In this document: piece after piece, positions 12,611 through 26,164 of the stretch
How positions within the stretch are numbered: position 1 is the first letter of the stretch
How the letters are laid out: each line of letters opens with the position of its first letter
DNA from: Blasia pusilla
Lineage: Eukaryota
NCBI GenBank assembly: GCA_050084515.1
Contig: CM114271.1
Span: forward strand, 18,290,001 to 18,354,000
Length of the DNA stretch: 64,000 nucleotides
Direction of reading: 5' to 3'
Translations under genes and position numbers: made by a program
The notes under the pieces: model-generated
The model's input: only the letters and a program-made list of their open reading frames with translations
What the model was told of the DNA's origin: nothing
Database searches by the model: none

Positions 12611-12882
12611 AAGTTCACCAATTTTATGTGAGGTAAAATGGAACTTGAACCCAAAGTAAAAAATTCATAAGGTCTTTCTAGAGGTGTGTGATACCACATT
12701 CCAAAGTAAGTTCACCAATTGTATGTGAGGTAAAATGGAACTTGAACCCAAAGTCAGAAATTCATAAGGTTTTTCTAGAGGTGTGTGACATTCTAAAGTA
12801 AGTTCACCAATTGTATGTGAGGTAAAATGGAACTTGAACCCAAAGTCAGAAATTCATAAGGTCTTTCAAGAGGTGTGTGACA
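12611..12882. repeat. Three tandem copies of a ~92-97 bp unit
   Basis: Unit AAGTTCACCAATT(G/T)TATGTGAGGTAAAATGGAACTTGAACCCAAAGT...GAGGTGTGTGA starts at 12611, 12708 and 12800. Confidence 0.95.
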
Positions 12883-13869
12883 AGACTTTCTAAATATAAA
12901 AGATGTCTCTTTTATAGTTTTTAGTTTAAATTTGGTCAACTTGTCGATGAGAGTGTACACTATATAGCTAATACCCCTACCGAAGTTTTCCCAAATCAAG
13001 TTCCAACCCAAAGCCCACAATTGATAATGTGTTTTTTACCAATGTAATAAAAGTCATTATAAGACCGTGTGAAATAAATGGAAGGTAGCTTTTTTTTACT
13101 TTATCCAGAAATTATTATCTTAACATGAAACTTTCTCCACGTGTTCTTGAAAAAAATTTGGAAAAGAAAAGTGCAAGTAAATCTTCTCTCCTCGAAATGA
13201 TTTTTAAAAAAATTTCAGCTTTAGTGTAGTACAATTCTTTATTATGGTGAATGTTAGAAAAAATAATATTTAAAAAATGGTATTTTTACGCAACTTGTTA
13301 TAGAACAAGTTTACAACAAATGTTTACTAATCCGTTTCATTAACATCCAAGGTTGCATATGGACAAAGTCCGTGTGCGCAAACATGTATGTGGACTTATA
13401 TCCATCGTATTGAAGGACTTGTCCATGTGGAGCTTCCACCATGAACTATAAGTATGGGTCCCATCTTTTGCAATCCATGTCCGTAGACATGCCCAAACTT
13501 TTCCGTCCTAGGACGGACTTGTGCAACTATATTAACATCACCAATCACTCTACTATCCTAGGTCTATGGTTGGATTTTTTGGATTAGATATAGGTGGTAA
13601 TCAGATGGATAGAGAGTTCTAATTTGGGTGGATTGGCAAATATTTCTTATTAGAATTATTGCATCATTGGAGGAAAAATGTGAACTATCCAAGACATCAT
13701 TGATACGTTGAAAGTTTGGAACAACACATATGAGAACCTCATCGTTATCAAACTCATGCATCAATTTTAGCTTTCAAAATTTAAACAACATGGAGGAGAT
13801 TCTTTATGTGGTTCACTAGACTCAATGGAATAATTCTGAATTCCTATCACAACAAAAATCAAGATCGTA

Positions 13870-16800
13870 GGTAGTGTACTATAATATCTCCAATAAATTA
13901 CATCAAGATCACTCAAAATCTCACTCAAACTCTATCTCTCTCTCATGTTAAACCAAACCCACTCTTCGAATATGAGGCTTGGATTATTGACAAGGCAAGG
14001 AGGACCACAACGCTGTTGCCTTATGCCAAGAGGTTCAACAAAGAGAGAATGAGCTCCGAAGCTCACTCTCTTTGGGCATATCCACTTCCCTTTCCTTAGT
14101 TCTCTCCATAGTAATTTTGCTTGTAGGTTAACTCCTTAGGTCTTAATATGTCACAGGGGCTCAAGGAACATTTCAATAAGTGGAAATTTAAGTATACTCA
14201 TAATAAGAACTTACCCATAATAGTAAAATTTAATATATACCTCTAAATGAAGGGGAAACCTACTCTCTTAGGTTACTTGAGGCCTTATCAAGTCATCCTT
14301 AACCTCTTCAAGTTGTCCTACAATCTTCTCAAAGGTGCCCTACGGATATTCATCGATTCATCTTAAAAGACATTATAGTTGTCATGTGCACTCAAATCAC
14401 CATACAACATACATCGTTGTCACCGACTATAAGTATAAATACACAAGATACCATATTCACTCATGGTATGTGAACACCGAGAGAGTTGTGTACCAAAATA
14501 TCTTCGATCGTCCTCCTAGCCAATGGTTTGGTCCTTTAACCGAGTCTCTAGATAGCCATCTATCCCTACCTATCTTCACCCACATGGTGATGATAGGTAG
14601 AGATCCATAGAACATAAAAACATAAATCTACAAGAACTGCTGCTAAGCTTGGATCAACTATACCATCAATGTGAAGGTGAGATGATGCACACTTACGCAC
14701 ATGGTCCTTCCAAACCATATCTTGACGTACCCCCATTAAGAGAGCACCAAATGGAAATACCTCACGCACTCTCAAGATGATGCATCTTGCTGTCAGATCC
14801 AACATCTGACATGCCCGCTACTACTGCAAGTAAACATAGTCTCTATGATGAAACCTTTGATTTATTGATTGATATCAACCTTCCCAAATAGTCGCATACC
14901 TCAACTTATCTCGATACTCTGAAATTTCCAATTTCTCAAACACTATAGCCATCACTCTCCGGAACAACTATACCCTCTAAGAACATACTCATATCCATAT
15001 ATTAAGGTCATCAAGGATCAATACCTTACTAGCTTTATGAGGAATGGCCGAAAGTAATTTAGACTCTCGACCATAAATCAACAAATAGTGTGAGAAAGAC
15101 ACAAAGGATGCTTGCATGTTGAATATGTATCCCATGGCCATCCATGGCAACTAAAGGTCCTAATCCGTTAGGTGACCTTTGTTCAAATCAAACTTAGATA
15201 ACCCTCTCTTAATCATTGGGATAACTCTCTCCACTAGTCCATCCGCCTCAAGATAATCTCGAGAAGTAGTGTAGTGGTCGATCAGTGCATGATCACATAA
15301 GGCTTGAAATTCTAAGACCCTTGTTCATTAATACCTTAGCTTATGGGCCATAATGATTCAATACTCGATCAAGAAATAAATACACTACTCCCTCGTTTTG
15401 TGAAGCAATACAACCAACTTTATGCACTTTGAGAAGTGTTCGACCATTACCCATAAATAAAAACTATGACACTCCATCAAAGGTAACGGCAATACAAAAT
15501 CCAAACTCCATCTATAGCCTAAATCCATTATCGATAATGGATGTAACTCTAGAGCCGCAACATTGAAAGATGCTTGAACTTAATAACACACCATGCATTT
15601 GGCAAAAAAATGTTGAACATTAGTCTGCACGCCTCACCACCAATAGTGCATGTAAAACAAGCTTAATGTCCACTACCATTCTCCCAAACTATTGAGACAT
15701 TTGCCTCCTCCTATTGGAACCATTTAGGTCATGGTAGGATCCGATCCCGCTATCTACCACCCACTATGCTCATAACATTAACAGTACGCAGATACTTCAA
15801 GACTAGCCCATCCTCGTGGATATCCTGCCAACTCTCACCTCCTTAACAACCTCTGGATCTAAGGACTGTCCATTGGACCTCGCCATCGAAGTCCAAATAT
15901 TTTGGCTCTTCATGGCCAACAAACCCAAATAAGCTTACGCCTTCCATCTGGACACCATCTCCTCACCACTCTCTCTCCATGTAAACGAGCTCTAGTTGTA
16001 TCTTGCTAACTTAAGCATGGGTTACAACTCCACTCATTTGCATCTTGGTTGAGTGTCCCTGATCGATGTACCAATTGGAAATTGTACTCTTACAACAGTA
16101 GAGTCCACATAGCAAGCTTGCTAGTAAGCTTGTTAGGCTCCATCAACCACTTGAGTGGTTGATAATCAATAATGATAGTAAAGGGATTGTCGAATAAGTA
16201 ACACATGAAATATGCAACAGCCTACACTAGAGCCAACCACTCACCCTCATTCAAGCTATACTTCGCCTGTGCAACATTATTCAAATGACTAATATAAGCC
16301 CACACGAACTCTCTATCCTTATTATCATGCTTGATGAGCATCATTCAAAGCCCCAATATACTCTAACTAGTATGCAAATAGAAAAGAGCCCCCCTTGATA
16401 AATCTCCTCAGTAAAGGCGTGGACGTCAATTTATCATTGTGCAACTGAAATGCTATGTTTGCTCATACCTCCAATGCCATTCATGATCTACCTTGGTCAG
16501 TAATGTTAGTGGTTTTGCAATCAAACTAAAATCCTTGATGTATTGTTGATAGAAATTTTCCAATCCCAAAAATTTGTGAACTCAAATCACATCTATAGGA
16601 TGTAGAATGTGTGAGAGAGCCTCTACCTTTGTTTCATGAACACCAAGGCCAACTGTGTATATTTTATCACTTAAGTACTTAATTTGGTCGTAGAAGAACT
16701 TGCACTTGTATGTTTGTAGCTTCAACCCAAATAACTGCAATTGTCAAATCGAAATACCTCCTTGAGATATCGCTCATGCTCCTCAACTATGGCGCTAAAG

Positions 16801-17450
16801 ACTACAATGTTATCAATTCAACATCTAACAAAATCTAGGCTTGCCAAGATCCTATCCATGATCCTTTGAAACTCTACTATGACATCCCTTAATCCAAATG
16901 GTAAGAATTGCCATTGGTATAAACAATCCTTTCCGTGAGGATCGATGCCTAAGGTATCGTCTTTTGCCTATCCTTTAATGTGATATACAGTTGATGGTAT
17001 CCGGCCGAGAGATCTAGAGAACTACAGATCTTTTCATGCCCAACAGTATCAAAGATCTTCTTATGAGTAGGCATGATATAACTATCGGGCTTTGTTTGCT
17101 TATTGATATGTGAGTAATCTCCACATATCCGTCTATCTGTCCAGTCGCCATGTAGATTCTTCTAGACAGTGGCACATGCATACTCTCCATGCAACATCTT
17201 TGCTAGTCCTAGTTTTTACTTTGAATTAGGGCCTTTGGCATATCACTCAACCTATAGGATCGTCGAAAGATTGACGTGTCGCTAGACAACTCAATGAAGA
17301 TCCTTACAACCTTTGGTGTACACTAATTATACATACTTAATGCAAAAAGAAAATTTTTATGACTCCTAAGGAACCAATGTATCCGACATCGATCTCCTAT
17401 GTCAACTTAGGGCCCATCGTGACTAATTTAGGACCCAATGGTACGTGTCA
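13870..17450 (-). mobile_element. Degenerate Ty3/gypsy retrotransposon: RT-RNaseH-integrase-(PHD start) plus probable 3' LTR (about 13870-14372)
   Basis: Minus-strand relics in gypsy order: RT (CGDYSHINKQT, SSLDLSAGYHQL, FLPFGL, FVRC*IDNIVVFS), RNase H (KYSLNEGEWLALV*AV, IIIDYQPLKW), integrase (CMVC, LHPLSIMDLGYRWSLDF). Many stop codons. The LTR-like part recurs at ~27790-28200 and ~39540-39749. Boundaries approximate. Confidence 0.85.
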
Positions 17451-19389
17451 TTTTAGTTGCTAAGGTGCTACATTACCACCCTTTTGCTGAATTTTTTCAT
17501 TTCTTAAAAATAATATATTTGAATATGAACCAAATACCTCTCGTGAACAAGAACCTCCTAACTTACACTTACCCTTTTGAGTAGTCTCATGTCACATCTA
17601 ATTAGATAAATACTTAAGAGACCTTGTTCACAATATTCGTACATACCAAGCCTCTATACCTCTCCTTTGAGAAAGTACTAGAAAAACGTCCAAATATTTT
17701 CAAAAAATTTACAAATAAAATAAGATTTGAAAATGATGTAAGGTGCATTTATTATGTGGCAGGGTGCACGAGATGAATTCAGGTACATAACGAGGACTCT
17801 AATATTTGCTTTCTAGTTCATTTACTAGTTTATTATCCCGAGTTGTCCTTCTCGAGTAAGGTTCATGATTAATTTGTCCCATCTCATCTTATAAGATAGA
17901 AGAAGATACAATACAAGCAAGCGTGTGTCTTTTTGGCAACTTGATTTTTCAAAGTTGAGTGAATGAGTGTCATGACTAAGCGTCTTTTTCGTTTGTATAA
18001 TCTTATAGATGCCACTTATGCCTACTCAACAGAATTATTAGAATTTTATCTGCTTCTAAAGATATAAAAATGAGAACCATTTTCCTAGAATTATAAAAGG
18101 AAAAAAAGGAAAAAACCTCCATAGATTCGCTGCTGGACTTGGACCGCACAAACATGACCTTCTCCCTCTCTACAAATTTAGAGAGGGAGAAGGTCATAGA
18201 TATTGCATGATGGATGCATGTAGATGCATTCCGTAGTCATGACCATGGTAAATGACGGAACTGGGAATCCCCGTTCGGATATCGGAGGCAAGCGTTTACA
18301 TTTTCCGTGTAGCCTAAACCCGCTCAAGCTAACCCATCTACCGCTTAAGCTGACGCAACTTTAACCCACCCAAGCGGGGAACCCGAACATGTAGGGTGAC
18401 CGGGCTTGCATTCAATGCCACGGGCTTTGGCTCTAACGCCCAGCATTTAGAACATAGTCCCGGTAGTTTTTCCACGTGAACCAGTACATTGGCGGTATTT
18501 CATAGTCCGGATCAGTAAATTCAGATTTCCAACTGGATTTTCACATTCTATTATGTGAAACCCCTCCTAACCCTGCCACTTTTTTGCCGAAGAATTTTAA
18601 ATGAATCGGAAATTCCTGATTTTAGCTGGCTATAATTACTCATAACCCCGGATCTCCCCGTTCATTGATTTAGAACGAACATAGTCTTCCTCTCGTCTAA
18701 TGCACGTCCCCTAATGCACCCTATCTATCATCCATCATCCCCATATGATGCCTGCCTATCTTCTCGTTGACATAATGTCGTACTCGAAGGGCGACTGGAG
18801 AGAGACTCATTTCTGCGAGCAACACCTTCTTTTTAATCTAATTTTTGTGCAAGGAATATTATGATTAGAGACTTTGGAGTGACCAGTAAATGGTAGGATT
18901 TTAGGGCCATAAGAACTTTTCCATCTTCACACTTAGAAGATTACTAGCGTTAGAACTAGTACCAAAATCATTTTCGTTATTTTCCGCCTCTCCAGAAACG
19001 GTGAAGAAAATGATGGAAAGTAGATTCGGCACTAGTGGTTGTCGCGATGAGGCGTTCAATATCGCCATGACAAGACATACGAGTGCATTGGAGAATCCGT
19101 TGCATTAAAAGGAAATTTTGCATGAAAATCATTTCTTTAAAAAATTATACCCTAAACGGTAGAAGAAGGATTCTGCGTAAAAATAAGAGTTAGACTATTT
19201 ATAGAGGCCAGATTTCTGAGAATATAATATTTGCATCACAAAAGAAATATTTGGAGGATGTGCACAACAACATCACCTATAGAGTGCTCTTAAAAATAGT
19301 CCACAGGAATTTCAAATTTCATTTGGGGCTCATAATCGTGGTATTGAAAAGACATGATAAAAAAATTGCATCATAATAACTTGATGTAA

Positions 19390-19575
19390 TTTATATAATT
19401 AAAAGAGCATGGGGTTTGATAACCCCTCCCTTCTAATGGACATGTCTACAATTTTTTCTTACATGTGTAACATTCAACAGTTGAAAGGGCATATCATTTA
19501 AATCTGTTAAGTCATAAACTTAGTTTAGACTTAACAGATTTAAATGATATGCCCTTTCGCCCGTGAATATACTAA
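19390..19575 (+). mobile_element. Degenerate mini-Helitron related to 6391-6560, carrying a long internal inverted repeat
   Basis: 5' end A|TTTATATAATTAAAAGAGCATGGGGTTTG..AACCCCTCC matches 6391. The 3' end CCCGTG..AATATACTAA|T has lost half of the hairpin. Confidence 0.65.
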
Positions 19576-22500
19576 TAAAATTTGATCTATATAGTAGTAA
19601 AATTTAATCTACATTCCTTCGAACGTTAGAAAGGGCAAAGTTTACCCAAACTTGCGCTCACGAGACCGAATCTGGGTATGTCTATCCGGATCGAATCCGT
19701 TATGGTGGGGTGGCCACGCTAACATGTGGTGACATGGTGCTCTCCTAAACATCGCTCCCACCGCTTTTAGAGGTTGTGAAAGGACGGACATTCGAAGGTA
19801 GGGTCGCCCATCGTCCGTCGAGAACGAAACGAGATGATGCCCAATGGCGTCCGCACTCGAAGCTGAACTGACTGACCCACGTGAGAGAAAAGGATGTGGA
19901 CGACGGAATCGGAAGTCAAAAGTCTTACCAAGCGAAGCGAAGCGAAACGGAAAGGGGAAGGCGGAAAAAGAAGTGAACAAGATGGTTTCGTTCGAAGAAA
20001 ATCACCACCTTTTCGTTGTGGCCTGAAAAAGTAGTAGATCTGGCCGTATCTATCTATCTGGGCGTGTGCTCGGCGTGGGTGGTATGTGCGGCCAACCCCT
20101 TCGGATCTGTGTTTTAACCGCGTGTAAAACGTGTGGTTGTGTATGTACGTGCCTGTCCGTCCTGACCATGTGTACAGCGTGTTGTACGCTCGTGCACCAC
20201 CGGACTTCACTTGGGGTCCGTATGCTCAAGTATGTTCCGCCCAGGGTCCGGGGAGTTTTCCGTGACAACCGGTACATTTCCGGTCTCTACAAATCCGAGC
20301 GGCAATTTTCAAAGTTTTCTTCATTCCAGCCGGCTAAACAGATACGAATACGAAGGACACCCTCCCTGAGCCCTCGGTTTTTGGCCGGTAACCGACGACC
20401 TGAATCGGCAATTCTCAAATTCTACCGGCCAGCTCAACACGTAACGCCGGTTCTCCCCGGACGTTGGTTCCGCCCAGCTCCGCCGTGTGGACACCGCGAC
20501 AAGTCGGTCCCGCGAAGAGTGCGGCACTGCGACTTTCGTCGTGGGTCCCTGGATCAATTGGATCCATGGATTTTCGTACCGGAGCATCATCGTGGAAAGC
20601 TAAGGGCAGAGCGTGTGTGGGTGAGGATCGAATGCGAAGTTGCAAACGCCGTGTAGTATTACGTGACGTGGGACGGAGAATGGATTGGTGCAAAGTGTCC
20701 TTCCGGAAAGGAGACTTGCTCCTATCTGGTGAAATTTTATATGCGTGGGTAGAGGAGGCGGCGGCAGCTGATTACAACATCGCCAGTTTTTTTAAGAGGA
20801 ATAAAGTCGGTACGGGGTCATGTAACTAGGGACTAAGCACGGCCATAATTCGTATACACAAATCTGAATTAAGAGTCGGGTGTATGTCAGGTACAAGCTC
20901 CAGAGCTACCCGTTTGGGATCGGGCGAGTGCCCGGATAGAGAAATCCGGGGACTCCTAAAACCCCCGGATAGGGGGGGGTTTAGGAGTCAATGACAGCCG
21001 CTAACCATGAAGTAAGACTGCCATGCCTCTAGGATGGGAGTCTCCAACTGCCTTCGCCGGCAGCAAAAAACCCATCCTCACTCATGTGCCTAAATGGGGT
21101 AGTTCTCACCTCAACATATGCCGAGTTGCAAAAGCCCCGAAAGGACTTTACCACGTAGTTAGCTCCATGTGCTATAACTACGTGGAACACATGGACCTAA
21201 GTAACTAGTTTGGAAGGAACAGCTAACTACGTTACACACAGAAAGTGGATCTGGAGAGATGGTGGAACATATTTCTCGAGTGGTGAGGTCGTCCTGATAC
21301 CGAGAGGCTTTTCGCCGCGCAACAATGTGGAAGAGGCCATAGCGGTCTTCGAGTTCCTCTCCCGCGTCGGTATGTCGTAGGAGGGACGTGCGACTGTGAT
21401 CCTTGCAATCGAAATGTTTAGTGAATCTCTGAAATGGGATATGTGCGGGACGCTCAGAAATGGAAAGTGTCTGGTTCGTTTTCACCGCAAGGGGAGCCAC
21501 TCTTCTCACACAGTTGATCGCACCTAAAACACCGCGATGGAGAATAGCTACAGTTCTCGATGGGAACGTGACGCCTGGTCTCCGAATTAAAATTAGGATT
21601 GATCGCCCAGGAGAATTGAAACTTAGTTTGCACAAAAGGTTTACGCTACTCGAATCCCTGAAGAGAATAAAGACTTCGTCGCCGTCGATAAGTTTCGACA
21701 TCCTCCGAAATTTGTGCGATTCGGAGTCCTTCGCTCTCGGGTAACTGATCGGATCCTTGTGAGAAGAGCGGCTTGGATCAGCAGAATTTGGGTTGGACCA
21801 GTCCCGCGAAGACGGATGCGATAAGTATGACTTCGTGGTGAAGCCGCAGAGGTTGCGTGGAGTACCCACAACCGCTTCGGTTCGGTCTCTATGCGCCGAA
21901 GTTGGACAGTTGCTCATGCAGGCGAGTTCTGGGCGGCGGGTTTGTTTTCTACGCCAGTGTGCGATGGTGACAGATCCAATTCCCTTCCGCTGGATCATGA
22001 TCTTCGCAGCTTCGGTTGGAGATGTCCGAGAGAGGGGAAAGGACAAGAACGCTCGTAGCGTATTAATTACAATTGAAATCCGGAACGGAACAAGTTCGCA
22101 AGGAGCGGCCGCGCGGTTGAGAGAGAAATATACCATTTCCTGCTCATATAACGAATGAATGATGATGATCGTGACCCGGCTCCACAACCCGACCCCCAAG
22201 ACCCTCTCTTCCGGCAGGAACGAAGAAGCGGCGGTGCGTAGCCGTGTGCGTGCTCCTCACACGCGGCCGTTTACGTACGAGGCTTCCTGACGATAAGCGG
22301 ATCCGCAGGAGACTAGCGAACTTGAGAGAAGTCACGGAGACCGTCCGGCGTTCGTTCCCCGATTCCGAACCTACGGAGTACCTACTTCGCAATTTTCTCT
22401 GCCTCCATCGCCACCGGGCAGAACGGAGTTCCAACGACCTATAATGATGACACGTTACAGAGCTTCCAACCACCGACGAGTGCATGCATGCATGCGACTG

Positions 22501-24274
22501 CATTACGTGAAATCCTCCACTTCCTGAGCCAGTACCACAGGTGCACGATGGACTTGACAAAACACATACGTATCACGCAGCCTCGTCAATAGAGGAAGGA
22601 GGCCGCGCCGCACGCGTTAAGGGACTCGGGAGAAGGAGAAGGATCTTGTAGTTCCGCGCGGAAAAGAAAAGAGAGCGAGCTGGAGCATCGTCAGAGACGC
22701 ATATTCTTGGACCAAGATAATCAACAGAAAGGAGGAGTTTAGGCACGTTACAGGGCCACGTACATGGGACGAATTTCACTGAAGCGTACACACGTCTCTG
22801 CGCTATCGTATGAAAGGGGCAGAATGTCACTCACTGTCATGCAGTGGCGTAATCACGCTCCCGAATCGAACGTCAGTGTCGGAGGTTGTGTAGTCCGTCA
22901 AGAGTGCCATTCACTGGCAGGACCTTTTAGAGCCACCCAAAGTCGTGCGACCCACGCGGACACCAAGATACTGTAATACTACAGTCCACAGGCAGACGCT
23001 TCAAAACGTTACATGTTGCGCGAAGGTCTTCGGATGACATTCGTCAAGATTGTCATGGCGCCTCCATGATTCTCTTCACGAAACTTCCGATGTTCCGAGG
23101 CTTGACAGTAACTAGTCTACTCGCAGCACAGGGTTTAGTTTGACGTCACTCGAATTGAACCCGTTGACGAAGAGTCCACCGATCGGCGGAGCAGTTGCAT
23201 GTTCTCCACTGAAAATAAAATGTTGATGAATTCCTCCGCGCAGTTTAAGGATCCGCAGGGAATGGTAACAGTATGACCCTCAACACATACAGACGCCGTT
23301 CTGAAAGTAGAAAACCATCCGAGCATATCCGTATCTCTCACTCGACATGCTTGCTTCCAGCCACGCACAAGATGTCCGATGATTAACGCTACCACGCTGT
23401 CCATGCTTGCCGACACTTGCTCTCAAATGACCTTGCTTCACATCTTCCATGAAGGAAAGGTCCGGAGGTGTTGCATTCAACGCCGTGTGCTACCATTGGG
23501 CAGTCCAAGAAAGAGTTAGGTTCTAAACAGGTGGGTTCTTGCTCCACCTGCTTTACCGTATAGATTTATCGTTACGCGTTTGAGTTTGCAACCGCGCTTC
23601 ATCGTGAAAATTCTGGAGTCTTCGTGGAATTACTTTTTCCCCATAGTGTACACCCAAAAGGGAAATATAAACTTTAATAGAAACGAAAAGAGGAAGCTTA
23701 GAGTTGTACTAGGAATAAATCTCTAGGAAGGCTTCATCGCCGCTACAAATGCATCATCGATGAAAATCTGACGGTGAAGGCCACATGGGATGAAAATAGG
23801 AATTAATACGTGCCATCAGGGAATGAACACGGATATCGGACGGCGCGCGGTTGTAGCGAGGGCGGTTCTTCTGTCCGCACATCGCACGACACGTACGGTT
23901 TCCATCTGTTGAGGGTCTCATATCCGTCGATCTCGACCCCGACACACATGGGAATTGGAGCAAGGTTCGGGAGTTTTTTTGGCGGGACGGGGTACATCTT
24001 CGGGAATGTCCAATCGGAAACGGTAATTCCGGTTTTGAGATACAAAATACAAAGGACCTATTCAAACACGGTTTTCGTAAGGCAACTTTTAAATCAATCG
24101 GAAATTCTCAATATTCGTTAGCAATATTCGCAACCCCGGATATCTCTGATCATCGAATTGGAGTTAGAGAGGGAGGGTCCCGTCCTAAAGGATGTTTCTT
24201 TCTAGCCGGCGGAGCACTATTAACAGTTCAGTTAAATGAAACCTTCGGCAAATGAGATGATATGGTGTATGTGG

Positions 24275-24603
24275 CTAAGTGATATTCCTGGTGGTCATGT
24301 TTGTCTTGGGAACTCCCAAGATTTATGCCGATTTGGAATGGTTTACACAAAATCTTATGGAAATGCCCCTCTCGTCTTGATTCGAGGCCTCGACTTCCCA
24401 CGATCCAACTCATTCACCCCGTCAAGTGACTAAGTGATATTCCTCGTGTTCATGTTTGTCTTGGAAACTCCAAAGAAAAACATGACGTTGTGGAATGGTT
24501 TACACCAAATTTTATGGAAACCATTTTGCGTGTAGGAAATGCCCCTCCCGTCTCGATTCAAGCGCGCGACTTCCCACGACCCAACTCATTCACCTGGTCA
24601 AGT
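24275..24603. repeat. Diverged tandem duplication (155 bp + ~174 bp)
   Basis: CTAAGTGATATTCCT...CGACTTCCCACGA..CAACTCATTCACC..GTCAAGT starts at 24275 and 24430. Copy 2 has ~19 extra bp bounded by GGAAA. Confidence 0.9.
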
Positions 24604-25959
24604 TTGTTAAATGTCCACCACATTTGATTTATGATTTATTTTCAGTTTATCTAGTAGTCCCTTCCTCTCACTTCCCCTTCGGCTTTAAATAAAGCAAGCA
24701 TTTATTTCACACATGCTAGCCTTCGCATTATTTCTCCTAGTTTAATTATTAATTAGTTAGATGATAATCGTGTCCTTATATGAGGTCATGTAATAAATTT
24801 CTAACAAGAAATTTTTTTTCCTTGATTTCATGCTTGTCATGATACTAAGGGCCCAAAAGGATCCCTCTTTAATTATTCATGTTTCAATCTCACTCCTTAC
24901 CGATCCAATACGATCCCTGATTAACACGACCAACGATATTTTTTAGGGAAATCTAGTGACACATGTAGGACATAAGAGCATCTAAAAAATTGCATCCTCC
25001 ATAAGTATAGAAATCATCTTTCATATTATTTCCCATATTACCTTTGATCATTACTTTATTTATCATAAGGTATGTAATTAATCCTAGACTTCAATGTGAA
25101 AAAGTAAGAGTTTGAAGGGAAAAGATGGGAAGTGAATCAGTTTGTTCTAATTGGGATCTAAATAGATCAACAATAATTTTGATCCATGCATAATCCCATA
25201 TCCTTTCATATTTTGATTCCTACATCGTCCATTTGGATCTTGTTGAGCTATATTGATTTCCTTTGCTCTTTCAATCATGGTTTGTCTAGCCTCAACCTAT
25301 AATCTATACATGTATTCTTATTTCTCTACGGGCCATCATCCAAAAAGCTTTGCTTTTTCCATTAGAATGGTTAGTCTTTAATCTCACAAAAGCCCTCTTA
25401 AAAAGTCAATACCTATCTTCAAGAGACAACGCACCATCTTTTGTGGAAGACTATACAAAAAAATCTCATCTTCAAGGTTTTTGTGGCAAATTTCTTCATG
25501 CTCCTTGCGTATCTATATGTAGTTGGATGCTTCATGTTTATTAATGAAGGATAGATCTTTTTGTAGTGTTAAACCTTTGGTTATTGGAGAGGTATAATAC
25601 TCCTTGGGTTATTCAATCCTTTGGCTCACAATTATATTACCACGATAGTCGTAGTATTGCTTGCTTTTATTCCCACAATAATTTGGAATGATCATCCTTG
25701 GACTTTATACTTATGAGGAAGTGGTTTATGACATACTCTTCGCTCTAGATCTTCCTCCATATATATTATTGAAGACTTAGTTATAGTCAAGTTCATTGCA
25801 TACCCGAACTTCTATATTTGGTACTCATAGGAAGTAGGAAAGCTAAATCTTATTTGGTTAGTTAAGTACGATTATCTTAACTAGGATTAGTTAACAATTT
25901 TTTTTTTAACTCGAGACTATAGTTAGGATTAGGGTTAGGTTTGCTTGTACAAACCTTAA

Positions 25960-26160
25960 ATAATTGAGAAAGGGACCAACCTCCACTCATTCTCTCATTG
26001 CAAAATTTTGTTTGCCTTGGTGGTGTGTGAGTGTGAGAGTTGTGTTCCATCAATTATGCTTGTTTAGTATTTTTCTATATGGTATTAGAGCGATAGGAGA
26101 ACATCAATTGAAATTCTTGGTATTTGAGGGTGAGAAAGACATTAAGGATGTCTTCCAACT
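25960..26160 (+). mobile_element. LTR 3' end plus initiator-Met tRNA primer-binding site of another LTR element (fragment)
   Basis: TGGTATTAGAGC at 26080-26091 is the canonical TGGTATCAGAGC with one C>T change, and follows a U5-like T-rich stretch. Confidence 0.5.
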
Positions 26161-26164
26161 GTTG

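Noticed and set aside
12611..12882. CRISPR-like array
   Set aside because: Whole units repeat with no unique spacers; eukaryotic context and no cas genes.
13348..13530. Possible MITE with GTTGCA..CAAGTCCGT termini
   Set aside because: The inverted termini are interrupted and no TSD is visible.
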